The position numbers were made by a program, and so were the translations under genes. Below the pieces are notes generated by a model. The model saw only the letters and a program-made list of their open reading frames with translations. It had not been told where the DNA came from and searched no databases. From IMG/VR virus record IMGVR_UViG_3300015615_000196, positions 192,001 through 256,000 of that record: DNA of 64,000 nt; one strand, 5' to 3'. Shown here one piece after another: positions 19,566-29,171 of this stretch (within the stretch, counting starts at the first letter, position 1; each line of letters starts with the position of its first letter). The stretch is from a virus (lineage: Duplodnaviria; Caudoviricetes).

Positions 19566-21863
19566 ATGGCATTTCGTTATTTAAAGTATCTCACGGATTA
19601 TGGCAATACAATTGTTGCCGAAAGCCCTACCCCATTTATATTGGGGCCGGGTGAAGGTCAAATCTTCACTAATTTTGAAATCCCTGCGATTCAACCACTT
19701 TACCTTTATGCGGAAAGTGGGGGCAACGTAATCGTCAATAGCGATCCACAGATCAATGCATATCTTGCATCGATTGGTGAGGAACCTTTTGATAGTGTCT
19801 TCACTGGTTATACTGCAACCACTGAGCAAAGATTAAGTGGCATTGAAAGTAACGTTATTTATCTTTCAGGTGAAACTGCACTTCGTCTCAGAATATCAGA
19901 CTTCAATGTTTATTCTGGTGCAACACTTTCAAACATCAATAGCAGACTAAAAATAACTGACTTTAATGTTTACTCTGCTGCAACATTAACGAACATCAAC
20001 AGTAGATTACTAACAAGTAATTTCAATACATATTCAGCAAACACACAGACACAGATCAATGGTAAGTTGAATATTACAGATTTCAACGTCTATTCTGCTG
20101 CAACTCTTTCATTAATTCAGTCTTCACAATCAGGTCTCGATCCAAAACAATCTGTATTCGTAGCAACCACTGCACCTTTAGGTGGTGGTGCAACTTATAG
20201 TGCAACAGGCGGTACAGCAGGAACTGGTTCGTTTACATCGGCCCCGACAACCATTGACGGTCGAACACTTTCAAACGGAAAAAGAGTTTTGGTTAAGAAC
20301 CAAGTAGATGCAAGACAAAATGGTATCTATGTTGTAATCTCTTCTGGTGTATGGCATCGTGCTCCTGATCAAAACGGTGTACCTGCAACAAATATCAGTG
20401 CTGGTAACTATACCTTTATTGAAACTGGCACAACAAATATTGGTTCAGGATGGGTGGTTATTGGCAATGGTCAGTTGACCGTTAACGTTGATAACATTGT
20501 CTGGACACAATTTAATGCTTCAACCGGATATGTTCAGGGTGTAGGTATTCTTATTACTGGAAACACAATTTCATTTAACGGTTCTGCGGTAGCAGGTAAC
20601 AGTTTAACATGGAATGGTACACAATTAAATGTTGATCCTACTACTGGAACACTGGCAACGGCTCTTGCAGCAAAACTTGACAAGACAGTGTTCAATACAT
20701 TCACAGGTACAACAGCACCTGCAACGTATTTGTCAATTGCAAACTTCAATTCATATTCAGCAGCAACTCAGACTCAGATCAACAACAAGTTGAATACGTC
20801 TGACTTCAACACATACAGTGCGAACACAGCAAACATTCTTAACACAAAGGTTGATTCGGCAAATAACGGTTTAACTAAGGTAGGAAGAAATATACACCTT
20901 GGTGGTACGTTAACAGGTACAACCAACATTGGTCTTGGATCATTCAATTTGATATTGACTGGTGGAACTGGTACACTTCGTTATGGTTCAGACCTTTCAG
21001 CACAATACAATGTAAGATCATTGGTTGACAAAGGATACGTAACTGGTATTACCAGTACGTTACTTACTATCTCAGCATTCAATGTATATTCAGCAGCAAC
21101 GCTTACAAATATCAACAGCAGATTGTTGACCAGTGCGTTCAACACGTATTCAGGTAACACTGCCAACTTGATTAACACCAAAATTGGTTCAGCAAACAAT
21201 GGTTTAACTAAATCAGGTACTAACGTACATCTTGGCGGTACATTAACAGGTGCAACAACTATTGGACTTGGTACTGTCAATTTAACTTTGACAGGTACTA
21301 CTGGTACACTTCGTTACGGTTCTGACTTGTCAGCACAGTATAATGTTCGTTCCGTTGTCGATAAAGGTTATGTCACTGGTATCACCAGTACATTACTTAC
21401 GAAATCATCGTTCAATTCATACACTGCAAGTACAGCAACTCAACAAATATTGTTGATCAGTACTGGTACTACAGATTTAAATCAGGTAACACCAACAACA
21501 ATCACATGGCATATTCAAAGAAGATATGACACTACATATTTCTTGTTCACTGGTGGTACAAATATTAGAATCTTGTCGGCAGGAAATTATGACATATCAT
21601 ATCAGATAAATTTGGCGAGTGCAAATGCAGCCGCTAAATCATTAAGTAGTAATGTCTATGTAAACGGATCGGCAGCAAGCGACACATTGGCATCAACATA
21701 TACACAAAGTAACAATGCAGTATGTTCGTTGGTTTTAGGTCGAATTCAGAAATCATTTGCAGCAAACGATTTAATTACGTTGCGTGGATATAGAATTTTG
21801 AATGCAGGTGCGGCAAATACAGTACCAAATTCAGTCTTCATATCGATCACTAAAAAGGTTTAA
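19566..21863 (+). CDS. Repeat-rich fibre protein
   Basis: FNVYSAAT repeats, LDPKQSV...RVLVKNQ...QNGIYVV...WHRAPD fibre motif, C1q-like end. Confidence 0.7.
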   Translation: MAFRYLKYLTDYGNTIVAESPTPFILGPGEGQIFTNFEIPAIQPLYLYAESGGNVIVNSDPQINAYLASIGEEPFDSVFTGYTATTEQRLSGIESNVIYLSGETALRLRISDFNVYSGATLSNINSRLKITDFNVYSAATLTNINSRLLTSNFNTYSANTQTQINGKLNITDFNVYSAATLSLIQSSQSGLDPKQSVFVATTAPLGGGATYSATGGTAGTGSFTSAPTTIDGRTLSNGKRVLVKNQVDARQNGIYVVISSGVWHRAPDQNGVPATNISAGNYTFIETGTTNIGSGWVVIGNGQLTVNVDNIVWTQFNASTGYVQGVGILITGNTISFNGSAVAGNSLTWNGTQLNVDPTTGTLATALAAKLDKTVFNTFTGTTAPATYLSIANFNSYSAATQTQINNKLNTSDFNTYSANTANILNTKVDSANNGLTKVGRNIHLGGTLTGTTNIGLGSFNLILTGGTGTLRYGSDLSAQYNVRSLVDKGYVTGITSTLLTISAFNVYSAATLTNINSRLLTSAFNTYSGNTANLINTKIGSANNGLTKSGTNVHLGGTLTGATTIGLGTVNLTLTGTTGTLRYGSDLSAQYNVRSVVDKGYVTGITSTLLTKSSFNSYTASTATQQILLISTGTTDLNQVTPTTITWHIQRRYDTTYFLFTGGTNIRILSAGNYDISYQINLASANAAAKSLSSNVYVNGSAASDTLASTYTQSNNAVCSLVLGRIQKSFAANDLITLRGYRILNAGAANTVPNSVFISITKKV

Positions 21864-21870
21864 TGGTTAA

Positions 21871-24684
21871 ATGGCATTACTATATTTCAAATACCGTACA
21901 GACTATGGCAATACGATAATAGCAAGTTCTGTAAATTCATTTTCTTTAGGGCCAAATGAAGCACAGATACAACTTGACTATACGATTCCATCAGTGCAAC
22001 CACTCTATCTATACAGAGTGCAAGCAGGAAATATTGTTGAAAATCTTGATGTAAACGTTAACGGATACAACCAAAGTATTGGTAACGATGTGAGTAATCC
22101 GTTGTCATCAAATGTTTTTACCGGATACACTGGTACAACAGCCCCTGCAACATTTGCACTAAAAGTAAGATTTAACACGTATACTGGTACAACTGCTCCG
22201 GCAACGTATCAAAGTAAATCAAGTATCGTTACATTGACTGGTACTACTTTACCAGCAACCTATGTTGCAAAAAGTGTTTTCAATTCATACACAGGTGGTA
22301 CAACAAACGTGACTACTGCAAGTAATGGTGTTCGTAAAAATGGATCGAACATAAGACTTGGAGGTTCGTTGACAGGTTCGACAAACATTGGACTTGGGAC
22401 GTTTAATCTTGTGTTCACTGGTTCATCAGGCACATTAAGATATGGTTCTGATTTATCAGCAAGTTACAATGTTCGTTCTTTTGTAGATAAAGGATATGTG
22501 ACGGGTATCACAAGTACCTTGCTCACGGTATCAGCATTCAATACATACTCAGGCAATACTGCTAACTTAATCAATACAAAGTTGGCAACTTCTGCGTTTA
22601 ATACGTATTCAGGAAACACTGCCAACTTGATCAACACTAAAGTTGGTTCAGCCAATAATGGTGTTAGAAAGACTGGTACTAATGTTTATCTTGGTGGTTC
22701 ATTAACAGGATCAACCAATCTTGGTCTTGGCGCATTGAATTTGATATTCACTGCAACTACAGGAACAGTCAGATATGGTGCTGATTATTCTGCCAATTTT
22801 AATGTGCGTTCACTTGTTGATAAAGGTTATGTGACTGGTATTACCAGTACACTTGTTACACAAGCAAAAATAAACACATACACGGGTACAACAGCCCCAA
22901 ATACATTTGTGGCTAAAAGCGTATTTTCAACGTACACTGGCGGTACAACAAATGTAACAAGTGCAAGCAATGGGGTTCGTAAAAACGGTAATAATGTTCG
23001 TCTTGGTGGTTCATTGACAGGTTCAACAAATATTGGTCTTGGAACTTTCAATTTAGTATTCACTGGTTCAAGTGGAACATTACGTTATGGGTCTGATCTT
23101 TCTGCAAGTTATAATGTGAGATCATTAGTAGATAGGGGCTATGTGACAGGTATAACCAGCACATTGCTTACGGTATCTGCATTTAATACTTATTCAGGTA
23201 ATACGGCTAACTTAATCAACACAAAGTTGGCAACATCAGCATTCAATACTTACTCAGGCAATACTGCTAACTTGATCAATACAAAAGTAGGATCAGCCAA
23301 TAATGGTGTAAGAAAAACAGGCACTAATGTCTATTTGGGAGGATCATTGACGGGTTCTACCAATATTGGACTCGGTACGTTTAATATTGTATTTACTGGT
23401 TCGTCAGGAACTTTAAGATATGGTTCAGACTTGTCTGCTTCTTACAATGTAAGATCATTAGTGGATAGGGGTTATGTGACAGGTATCACCAGCACACTAC
23501 TTTCAACATCAGCATTCAATACCTACTCAGGCAATACTGCTAATTTGATCAACACAAAGTTGGCAACATCTGCATTTAACACCTACTCTGGTAACACGGC
23601 TAACTTGATCAACACAAAAGTCGGATCAGCCAATAATGGTTTAACTAAGGTTGGTACAAATGTTAGATTGGGTGGATCGCTGACAGGTGCAACTACAATT
23701 GATGCAACAACAAGCACGTTATTATTTACAGGTACAACTGGTCAATTCAACGTTGATAGAACAACTGCATCAATAAATCTCAGTACCAGAAATGCTTTAA
23801 CACTGGTAGGTAAAAACACTGGTGGTGCAACCAGAGTGACTTTTAAAATTTCTGCAACTGGTACAACATATAGTGATGCAACTGCAACAGGCATTGTGTA
23901 TGGTGCAGATTATTCTTCTGGTTTTGTTCCTCGTACACTTGTTGACAAAGGATACGTTACAGGTATCACAAGTACATTGGTGGCAACTGCTGGTAATGGC
24001 ATAAGAAAGAATGGACAAAATGTGCGTCTTGGCGGCTCATTAACAGGTTCAACAAATCTTGGTCTTGGCACATTCAATCTTATCTTCACGGGCACAACCG
24101 GAACGCTTCGTTATGGTTCTGACTTGTCGGCACAATACAACGTTCGTTCTTTAGTCGATAAAGGGTACGTTACTGGAACAACACAGGCAGCAATTACGGT
24201 GAGAAATAGTGGTACAACATTAAATACCGTACCAGTTGAATTCACAACATGGAATTTCTCAAGTGGATTGACAGCAATCGATAAAGGATCAAATGTTCTT
24301 GAAATTCAAGCAGTGTATGGTGGTGAAGTTTATTCAACAGGTCGTACAAGTACTGCAACAAATTCGGGAGCACTTGCTGATTATCTTGCAAGGAGTTTTT
24401 CTTTGGCAGGTGGTGTCTATAAAATAGAATTTGCATATAAGGGTGGTATTGCAACAGCAAACGTAAATTTCACTGTTACATTGTTAGTTGATGGTGTGGC
24501 ATTGGTTAGCGGAAATAATACGGCATATAGAAACGTTGCATCCGGTAATAGGACGATGGTTTATGCGTTTGGAGTACAAACGCTATCTCGTGGTTCTCAC
24601 TCATTTAGATTGCAACACGCACCTACAGCAGGTGGTACTTTGACCGGAGATTATGGACAAATATTGATAACAAGAATTGGATAA
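21871..24684 (+). CDS. Repeat-rich fibre protein (six LGGSLTG/RSLVD modules)
   Basis: 937 aa with long internal repeats; N-terminus paralogous to 19566 ORF. Confidence 0.7.
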   Translation: MALLYFKYRTDYGNTIIASSVNSFSLGPNEAQIQLDYTIPSVQPLYLYRVQAGNIVENLDVNVNGYNQSIGNDVSNPLSSNVFTGYTGTTAPATFALKVRFNTYTGTTAPATYQSKSSIVTLTGTTLPATYVAKSVFNSYTGGTTNVTTASNGVRKNGSNIRLGGSLTGSTNIGLGTFNLVFTGSSGTLRYGSDLSASYNVRSFVDKGYVTGITSTLLTVSAFNTYSGNTANLINTKLATSAFNTYSGNTANLINTKVGSANNGVRKTGTNVYLGGSLTGSTNLGLGALNLIFTATTGTVRYGADYSANFNVRSLVDKGYVTGITSTLVTQAKINTYTGTTAPNTFVAKSVFSTYTGGTTNVTSASNGVRKNGNNVRLGGSLTGSTNIGLGTFNLVFTGSSGTLRYGSDLSASYNVRSLVDRGYVTGITSTLLTVSAFNTYSGNTANLINTKLATSAFNTYSGNTANLINTKVGSANNGVRKTGTNVYLGGSLTGSTNIGLGTFNIVFTGSSGTLRYGSDLSASYNVRSLVDRGYVTGITSTLLSTSAFNTYSGNTANLINTKLATSAFNTYSGNTANLINTKVGSANNGLTKVGTNVRLGGSLTGATTIDATTSTLLFTGTTGQFNVDRTTASINLSTRNALTLVGKNTGGATRVTFKISATGTTYSDATATGIVYGADYSSGFVPRTLVDKGYVTGITSTLVATAGNGIRKNGQNVRLGGSLTGSTNLGLGTFNLIFTGTTGTLRYGSDLSAQYNVRSLVDKGYVTGTTQAAITVRNSGTTLNTVPVEFTTWNFSSGLTAIDKGSNVLEIQAVYGGEVYSTGRTSTATNSGALADYLARSFSLAGGVYKIEFAYKGGIATANVNFTVTLLVDGVALVSGNNTAYRNVASGNRTMVYAFGVQTLSRGSHSFRLQHAPTAGGTLTGDYGQILITRIG
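22516..23364 (+). repeat. Intragenic repeat: 68 identical residues at 22516-22719 and 23161-23364
   Basis: Direct codon-by-codon comparison; 645-nt period. Confidence 0.9.
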
Positions 24685-24685
24685 T

Positions 24686-25600
24686 ATGAAATTACTTGCA
24701 TATACATTGAATGGGCAAATTCTTGGAGTCGATAAAACCTCTTGGGATGATACGGATTTTATTGGATTTCCATTTACTGCATGTACCGACAATGCAATAA
24801 TTCCTTCTGGCTATACGGACATTAGTAGCATATTAAATTGGGGTAAGTTCGGTGAAGAATGCGGATTGAATTATGTGAAGGTAAGAAACGAAATCAAAAA
24901 ATATCTTTTAAATGAATCTTTCAGTGATGAAGAAATTGCAGTGTTAAAGAGATACAATCTTTACAAGTATTACAGAATATACGATCAGATAAACGATGCA
25001 AATGTCATAATAAGCGATCACCCGCCAATTGATCTTGACTACGATCTAATGGGTTTCAACAAGAAAAGATTTTTCAACAAAGGAGAATTGGAGCGTGTTG
25101 AATATTATGAGAACTATACGTTGTCGGCAACTACTTTCAGTGTGAAAACTGTAGAAGAGATTAGAACATACAACAGAATAAATCAGATGTTGAGTAGTAG
25201 AGTGATGTCAATTAATTGGATTCTTAGTGATGACACTACTGGATTTACAAAAAATACAGTGAAGTACTACACACCAATTGAAGCAATTCAAGCAGGTGAA
25301 ACAAGAAGATCGAATTTAATTTCAAATCTTAAAATAACGGTAATTGGTATACTTATGCAGTTTTCAGGAGCATCATCAATTATTGCACAGCAGGTCGGAA
25401 CGCCTTTTTTGGATAAGTATTCTATTGACATTGCAAAGTACATTCAGGGGTATGAACAACAGTTAAAGGACGCAATAGATGCTGACGATGAATTCAATTG
25501 GCTAAATTTGGTCATTCCAAATACAGGAGGAATAACGGTTCGTCAGTATTTAATATCAGAACTAACCATCGATTACACGATAAATAACACTCACGTATAA
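24686..25600 (+). CDS. Hypothetical protein
   Basis: ORF 24677-25600; ATG at 24686 directly follows the upstream stop. Confidence 0.7.
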   Translation: MKLLAYTLNGQILGVDKTSWDDTDFIGFPFTACTDNAIIPSGYTDISSILNWGKFGEECGLNYVKVRNEIKKYLLNESFSDEEIAVLKRYNLYKYYRIYDQINDANVIISDHPPIDLDYDLMGFNKKRFFNKGELERVEYYENYTLSATTFSVKTVEEIRTYNRINQMLSSRVMSINWILSDDTTGFTKNTVKYYTPIEAIQAGETRRSNLISNLKITVIGILMQFSGASSIIAQQVGTPFLDKYSIDIAKYIQGYEQQLKDAIDADDEFNWLNLVIPNTGGITVRQYLISELTIDYTINNTHV

Positions 25601-25610
25601 CCCTAAAAAA

Positions 25611-25871
25611 ATGGAAATTGACGACAGAATCAACTATCCACCAGTAGGCGGGAATCTTTCACAAGACGCAAGCAATTGGTTAAGAAAAGATGCTGCTGCC
25701 GGAGCAACGTATTATGGATACGCTTTTTCTCTTGGTGCTGACCCTGCTGCTGCGGTATGGAGAATTCGTAAAGAAACAGTTACTGGTACGGTTACGGTTG
25801 TAACCTATGCTGATGGTGACGGAGAGTACGATAACATTTGGAATAACAGAGCGAGTTTAACCTACAAATAA
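25611..25871 (+). CDS. Small virion-associated protein, paralog of 17406
   Basis: 86 aa; ends YADGDGEYDNIWNNRASLTYK. Confidence 0.7.
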   Translation: MEIDDRINYPPVGGNLSQDASNWLRKDAAAGATYYGYAFSLGADPAAAVWRIRKETVTGTVTVVTYADGDGEYDNIWNNRASLTYK

Positions 25872-25872
25872 C

Positions 25873-26253
25873 ATGTACGGATGGTTAATCATATTCATGC
25901 TCGTACTTGCAATTGGAGTTTTGCTTTACATTCAAATATCTAAGTTGCAGTTACTTCATAAATTGGTAGCAAGTTTTGATAACTCGGCTGATGGGTTCAG
26001 TGCGAGAAAATTGTCTGCATTTATCGGTGTTTCAGTTTCTGTCATTGCAACATTTAGATTCGTAGACGATAAGACTGTTATTGAGGCGTTGATGGTATGG
26101 TTGGTCTTTGCACTTCTTTGCTTGGGTATTATTACAGCAGAACAACTTTTGAAGTTCTACAACAAGGATAAGAAAGATGCTCCTGCTGCACCTGTCGAAG
26201 AAAAAAAGGACGAGACACCGCCACCTGCTGATCCACCAGTCGATAAACTTTAA
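25873..26253 (+). CDS. Three-TM membrane protein, holin-like
   Basis: Three hydrophobic segments and a charged, Pro-rich C-tail. Confidence 0.5.
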   Translation: MYGWLIIFMLVLAIGVLLYIQISKLQLLHKLVASFDNSADGFSARKLSAFIGVSVSVIATFRFVDDKTVIEALMVWLVFALLCLGIITAEQLLKFYNKDKKDAPAAPVEEKKDETPPPADPPVDKL

Positions 26254-26255
26254 AA

Positions 26256-26432
26256 ATGAAACGAATTTTACTTAGACTGTTGGGTAGACAAATTGGTCAC
26301 TACAGTGTGATTGTCGGACTCGTAACATCATTGAGTTTCGTGACACCGGGAAATGTATTAGCATTCTTGATTATCACATTAGGGACAACAGCAGTAAATT
26401 TAGGATTGATGAACGTAGGAAACAATGTATAA
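26256..26432 (+). CDS. Small membrane protein (58 aa, absent from ORF track)
   Basis: MKRILLRLLGRQIGHYSVIVGLVTSLSFVTPGNVLAFLIITLGTTAVNLGLMNVGNNV; fills the gap between neighbours. Confidence 0.6.
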   Translation: MKRILLRLLGRQIGHYSVIVGLVTSLSFVTPGNVLAFLIITLGTTAVNLGLMNVGNNV

Positions 26433-26832
26433 TAGCAGACCAACATTTTTCATAAAGAAAAACAGCAACTTGCCGAAATTGAAATTTGCTCTTTCGGAAC
26501 AGTTGCTTTTACGTTATGATATTACGGAAGACATGCTCGGTAATTGTGCAGTTACTTTCTCAATGCAAAATTCAGAAGACGGCACGTATCGTATTGCCAA
26601 CAAAGCAGCAGACCTTCTTGTGAATACCGATTTTGAATCAAATCCAGATGACGACAAATACAATCTCGTATATAAGTTTTCATTGGCAGATACCACTAAG
26701 CCGGGTATTTTTTTAGGTGAGTTTAAAGTTGATTTCTTGGGTGAAGATCAGTGCGGGAAGATAACGTTCCCTGTAACTGATAAAATCACAATTGTAATAC
26801 AGGATTCTTCAACGAAAACCACCGTTATTTAA
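26425..26832 (+). CDS. Ig-like virion protein (BppU N-terminal-like)
   Basis: FIKKNSNLPKL...VYKFSLADT..PGIFLGEFKV...TFP pattern. Confidence 0.5.
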   Translation: MYNSRPTFFIKKNSNLPKLKFALSEQLLLRYDITEDMLGNCAVTFSMQNSEDGTYRIANKAADLLVNTDFESNPDDDKYNLVYKFSLADTTKPGIFLGEFKVDFLGEDQCGKITFPVTDKITIVIQDSSTKTTVI

Positions 26833-26864
26833 TCTGTGACCGTTTCTGGTTGCCGATTTTTTCC

Positions 26865-26872
26865 TATATTTA
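26865..26872 (+). promoter_or_regulatory. Bacteroidota-type -7 promoter element variant (TATATTTA)
   Basis: One mismatch to TAnnTTTG, directly upstream of the helicase-polymerase operon. Confidence 0.4.
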
Positions 26873-26878
26873 CGTTCA

Positions 26879-28783
26879 ATGAGTGGTTTTGGACAAAGCG
26901 GAATTATGCGTGGTGATAGGTCACAATTTACTGTGCAGTGTGAAAGCACTGGTAGTAAAGGGACTTGGTACAAGCTATTTTTCCCACCCAACAATCAGAT
27001 CAATGACAGAATAAAAATGAGTGCCAAGAACCACCATCGGTGGTCACTTGAAGATCATTGTTGGCATGTTCATGTCAAAGCACTCTACGACTTAATCAAG
27101 ATGTATCGCAAGTCTGATAAGATTAGATTTGAATTTGGTGAAAAGGGTCGTGTTCACTTCCTCGAACAGATCAAGAAGATAGATCAGTTGCTTGAAATTA
27201 AGCAAGACAAAATCGAACGTCTCAAGAAAAAGAATGCAGAGGCACTTGCATGGAAGAAAGAACTTGAAGAGAACTATCAACAATATGAACCGGAGGTAAT
27301 GAAGCACATCAAACAAGATGTGAAACTCTACCCCCATCAGGTTGTAGCAATCATGTTCTTGAAGAAAGTGATCAATGGACTTCTGTCTCTTGAAATGGGT
27401 TTGGGTAAAACACTCTGCTCAATTGGATACGCTGAAATGATGGGCTTTAAGAAAGTGTTGGTCATCACACCAAACTCATTGAAGTTCAACTACCATGATG
27501 AAGTGAAGAAATTCACACATAGTTCAAAACCGTATATCATCTACTCGAAGTCTCAATCAAAAAAGAACAAAAGCAAGAAGGAACAAGATGATGCGAACTA
27601 CATTATTGTTAACTACGACTATTTCAATAACAAAGATCACAAGAAGGTCAAGGAGAAATACGAAGCATTGAATCTTGGTTTTATCGAATGTGTTGTTCTG
27701 GATGAATCACACATGATCAAGAACACGCAGTCAAATACCTACAAGAACATAAAGAAGTTGATCAAGGACATTCCGAGTAAGGTCTTTTTGTCTGGCACAC
27801 CTGCACCGAATAGAACGAAAGAATTATACACTGTTCTTAACTTAATTTCACCACTTGACTTTCCAACGAAGACAGAATTCTACGAGCAATACTGTGGATT
27901 GACATACATTCCAAAACATGATGGTATCAATGATTCAGAAAACGATGAACGATACTATGGTGGATGGCAACAGAACGAAGGTGGTATGCGTCTTGAAGAA
28001 CTATATCACAAGATTGCACCATATACGTATCGTAAGCGTAAGTTTGAAGTATTGAAAGATTTGCCGGACAAAATCTATCAGAAGATCGTCATCGAAATGA
28101 ACGATGAAGAAAAGAAACAGTACGATAAGATTGAAGAGGGCGTAGCGAATGAAATTTTCAGCGATGAAGAAATGAGTTCGGTCAACATTCTGACGATCAT
28201 GTTGAGACTTCGTCAATATACGTCCATGCTCAAAATAAAACCTACTGTTGAACTTGCAACTCGTCTCCATGATGAAGGAGAGAAGTCGGTTATTGTGGAT
28301 ATGTTTAAGCCACCGATTGCTGAAATGAAAAAGATGCTTGGTGAGATCGCAGGTCTACACACAGGTGATGAAGACGAACAAGAACGAAATATTGTAAAAA
28401 ACGACTTTCAGAATCCAGAAGGTGAGACCAAAGTTTTCTTGGCATCTATCAGCACAACCAAGTATGGATTAACTCTAACTGCTGCAAGCAAACTATTTAT
28501 GACAACACTCCCTTGGTCTACCGGGGAGTATGATCAGGTTTCAGATCGACTGCACCGTATCGGTCAAAAGGACACGGTTTTCATCTACCCTGTGATTATC
28601 AAGGATACAATAGACGAGTACGTATTTTCGATGATCGAAAAGAAGAGGATTGAAATAACCAAAGTACTTGACAATGAGGATTACAAATCCAATGTTGAGG
28701 AATCGGTATTATCTGAGGTGCTTGAAATGCTCAGAAGAAAGTATGGAAAAAATAAGAACGGAGACGGAGCCAAAACTACATAA
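26879..28783 (+). CDS. SNF2-family helicase
   Basis: LYPHQ, EMGLGKT, DESH, LSGTP, GLTLT and QVSDRLHRIGQ motifs. Confidence 0.92.
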   Translation: MSGFGQSGIMRGDRSQFTVQCESTGSKGTWYKLFFPPNNQINDRIKMSAKNHHRWSLEDHCWHVHVKALYDLIKMYRKSDKIRFEFGEKGRVHFLEQIKKIDQLLEIKQDKIERLKKKNAEALAWKKELEENYQQYEPEVMKHIKQDVKLYPHQVVAIMFLKKVINGLLSLEMGLGKTLCSIGYAEMMGFKKVLVITPNSLKFNYHDEVKKFTHSSKPYIIYSKSQSKKNKSKKEQDDANYIIVNYDYFNNKDHKKVKEKYEALNLGFIECVVLDESHMIKNTQSNTYKNIKKLIKDIPSKVFLSGTPAPNRTKELYTVLNLISPLDFPTKTEFYEQYCGLTYIPKHDGINDSENDERYYGGWQQNEGGMRLEELYHKIAPYTYRKRKFEVLKDLPDKIYQKIVIEMNDEEKKQYDKIEEGVANEIFSDEEMSSVNILTIMLRLRQYTSMLKIKPTVELATRLHDEGEKSVIVDMFKPPIAEMKKMLGEIAGLHTGDEDEQERNIVKNDFQNPEGETKVFLASISTTKYGLTLTAASKLFMTTLPWSTGEYDQVSDRLHRIGQKDTVFIYPVIIKDTIDEYVFSMIEKKRIEITKVLDNEDYKSNVEESVLSEVLEMLRRKYGKNKNGDGAKTT

Positions 28784-29171
28784 CGTATTTAAGAAGCGTG
28801 AGTATAATGCTATCACGGATATTTTTGAACAATATTTTCAGAACGAACTGACACAGGAACTTGCAAACGTAATTAGTTTTGAAGCCGGGAAATTTTTGGT
28901 ACAATCAAAAGGAATCAACCCTAAATTGATCGAGAGAGAATTCGGCATCCTGTTCAATTTCAACAAAGAAAAGGACTTTATTTTTGCACTTGGCAAAAAT
29001 TTGTTATCTTCGCTCTGGATTATCGGAGTGTACCCTGATCATCCTGAAAAATTGGCCAATAAAGACGTATACAGCAATAGTGATTTTGTTTACAAATTTT
29101 ACACTGAAAACAAAAATTTAGTCATCGAAAAAACCAATAACCATGACGGAAAACCTACAGATAATCAATGA
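28743..29171 (+). CDS. Hypothetical protein
   Basis: ORF 28668-29171 between helicase and polymerase; likely ATG at 28743. Confidence 0.65.
   Translation: MEKIRTETEPKLHNVFKKREYNAITDIFEQYFQNELTQELANVISFEAGKFLVQSKGINPKLIEREFGILFNFNKEKDFIFALGKNLLSSLWIIGVYPDHPEKLANKDVYSNSDFVYKFYTENKNLVIEKTNNHDGKPTDNQ

Noticed and set aside
4344-24684. Diversity-generating retroelement TR/VR pairs among duplicated fibre segments
   Set aside because: Differences are mainly synonymous and involve all bases rather than adenines only; both copies are coding; no reverse transcriptase seen.
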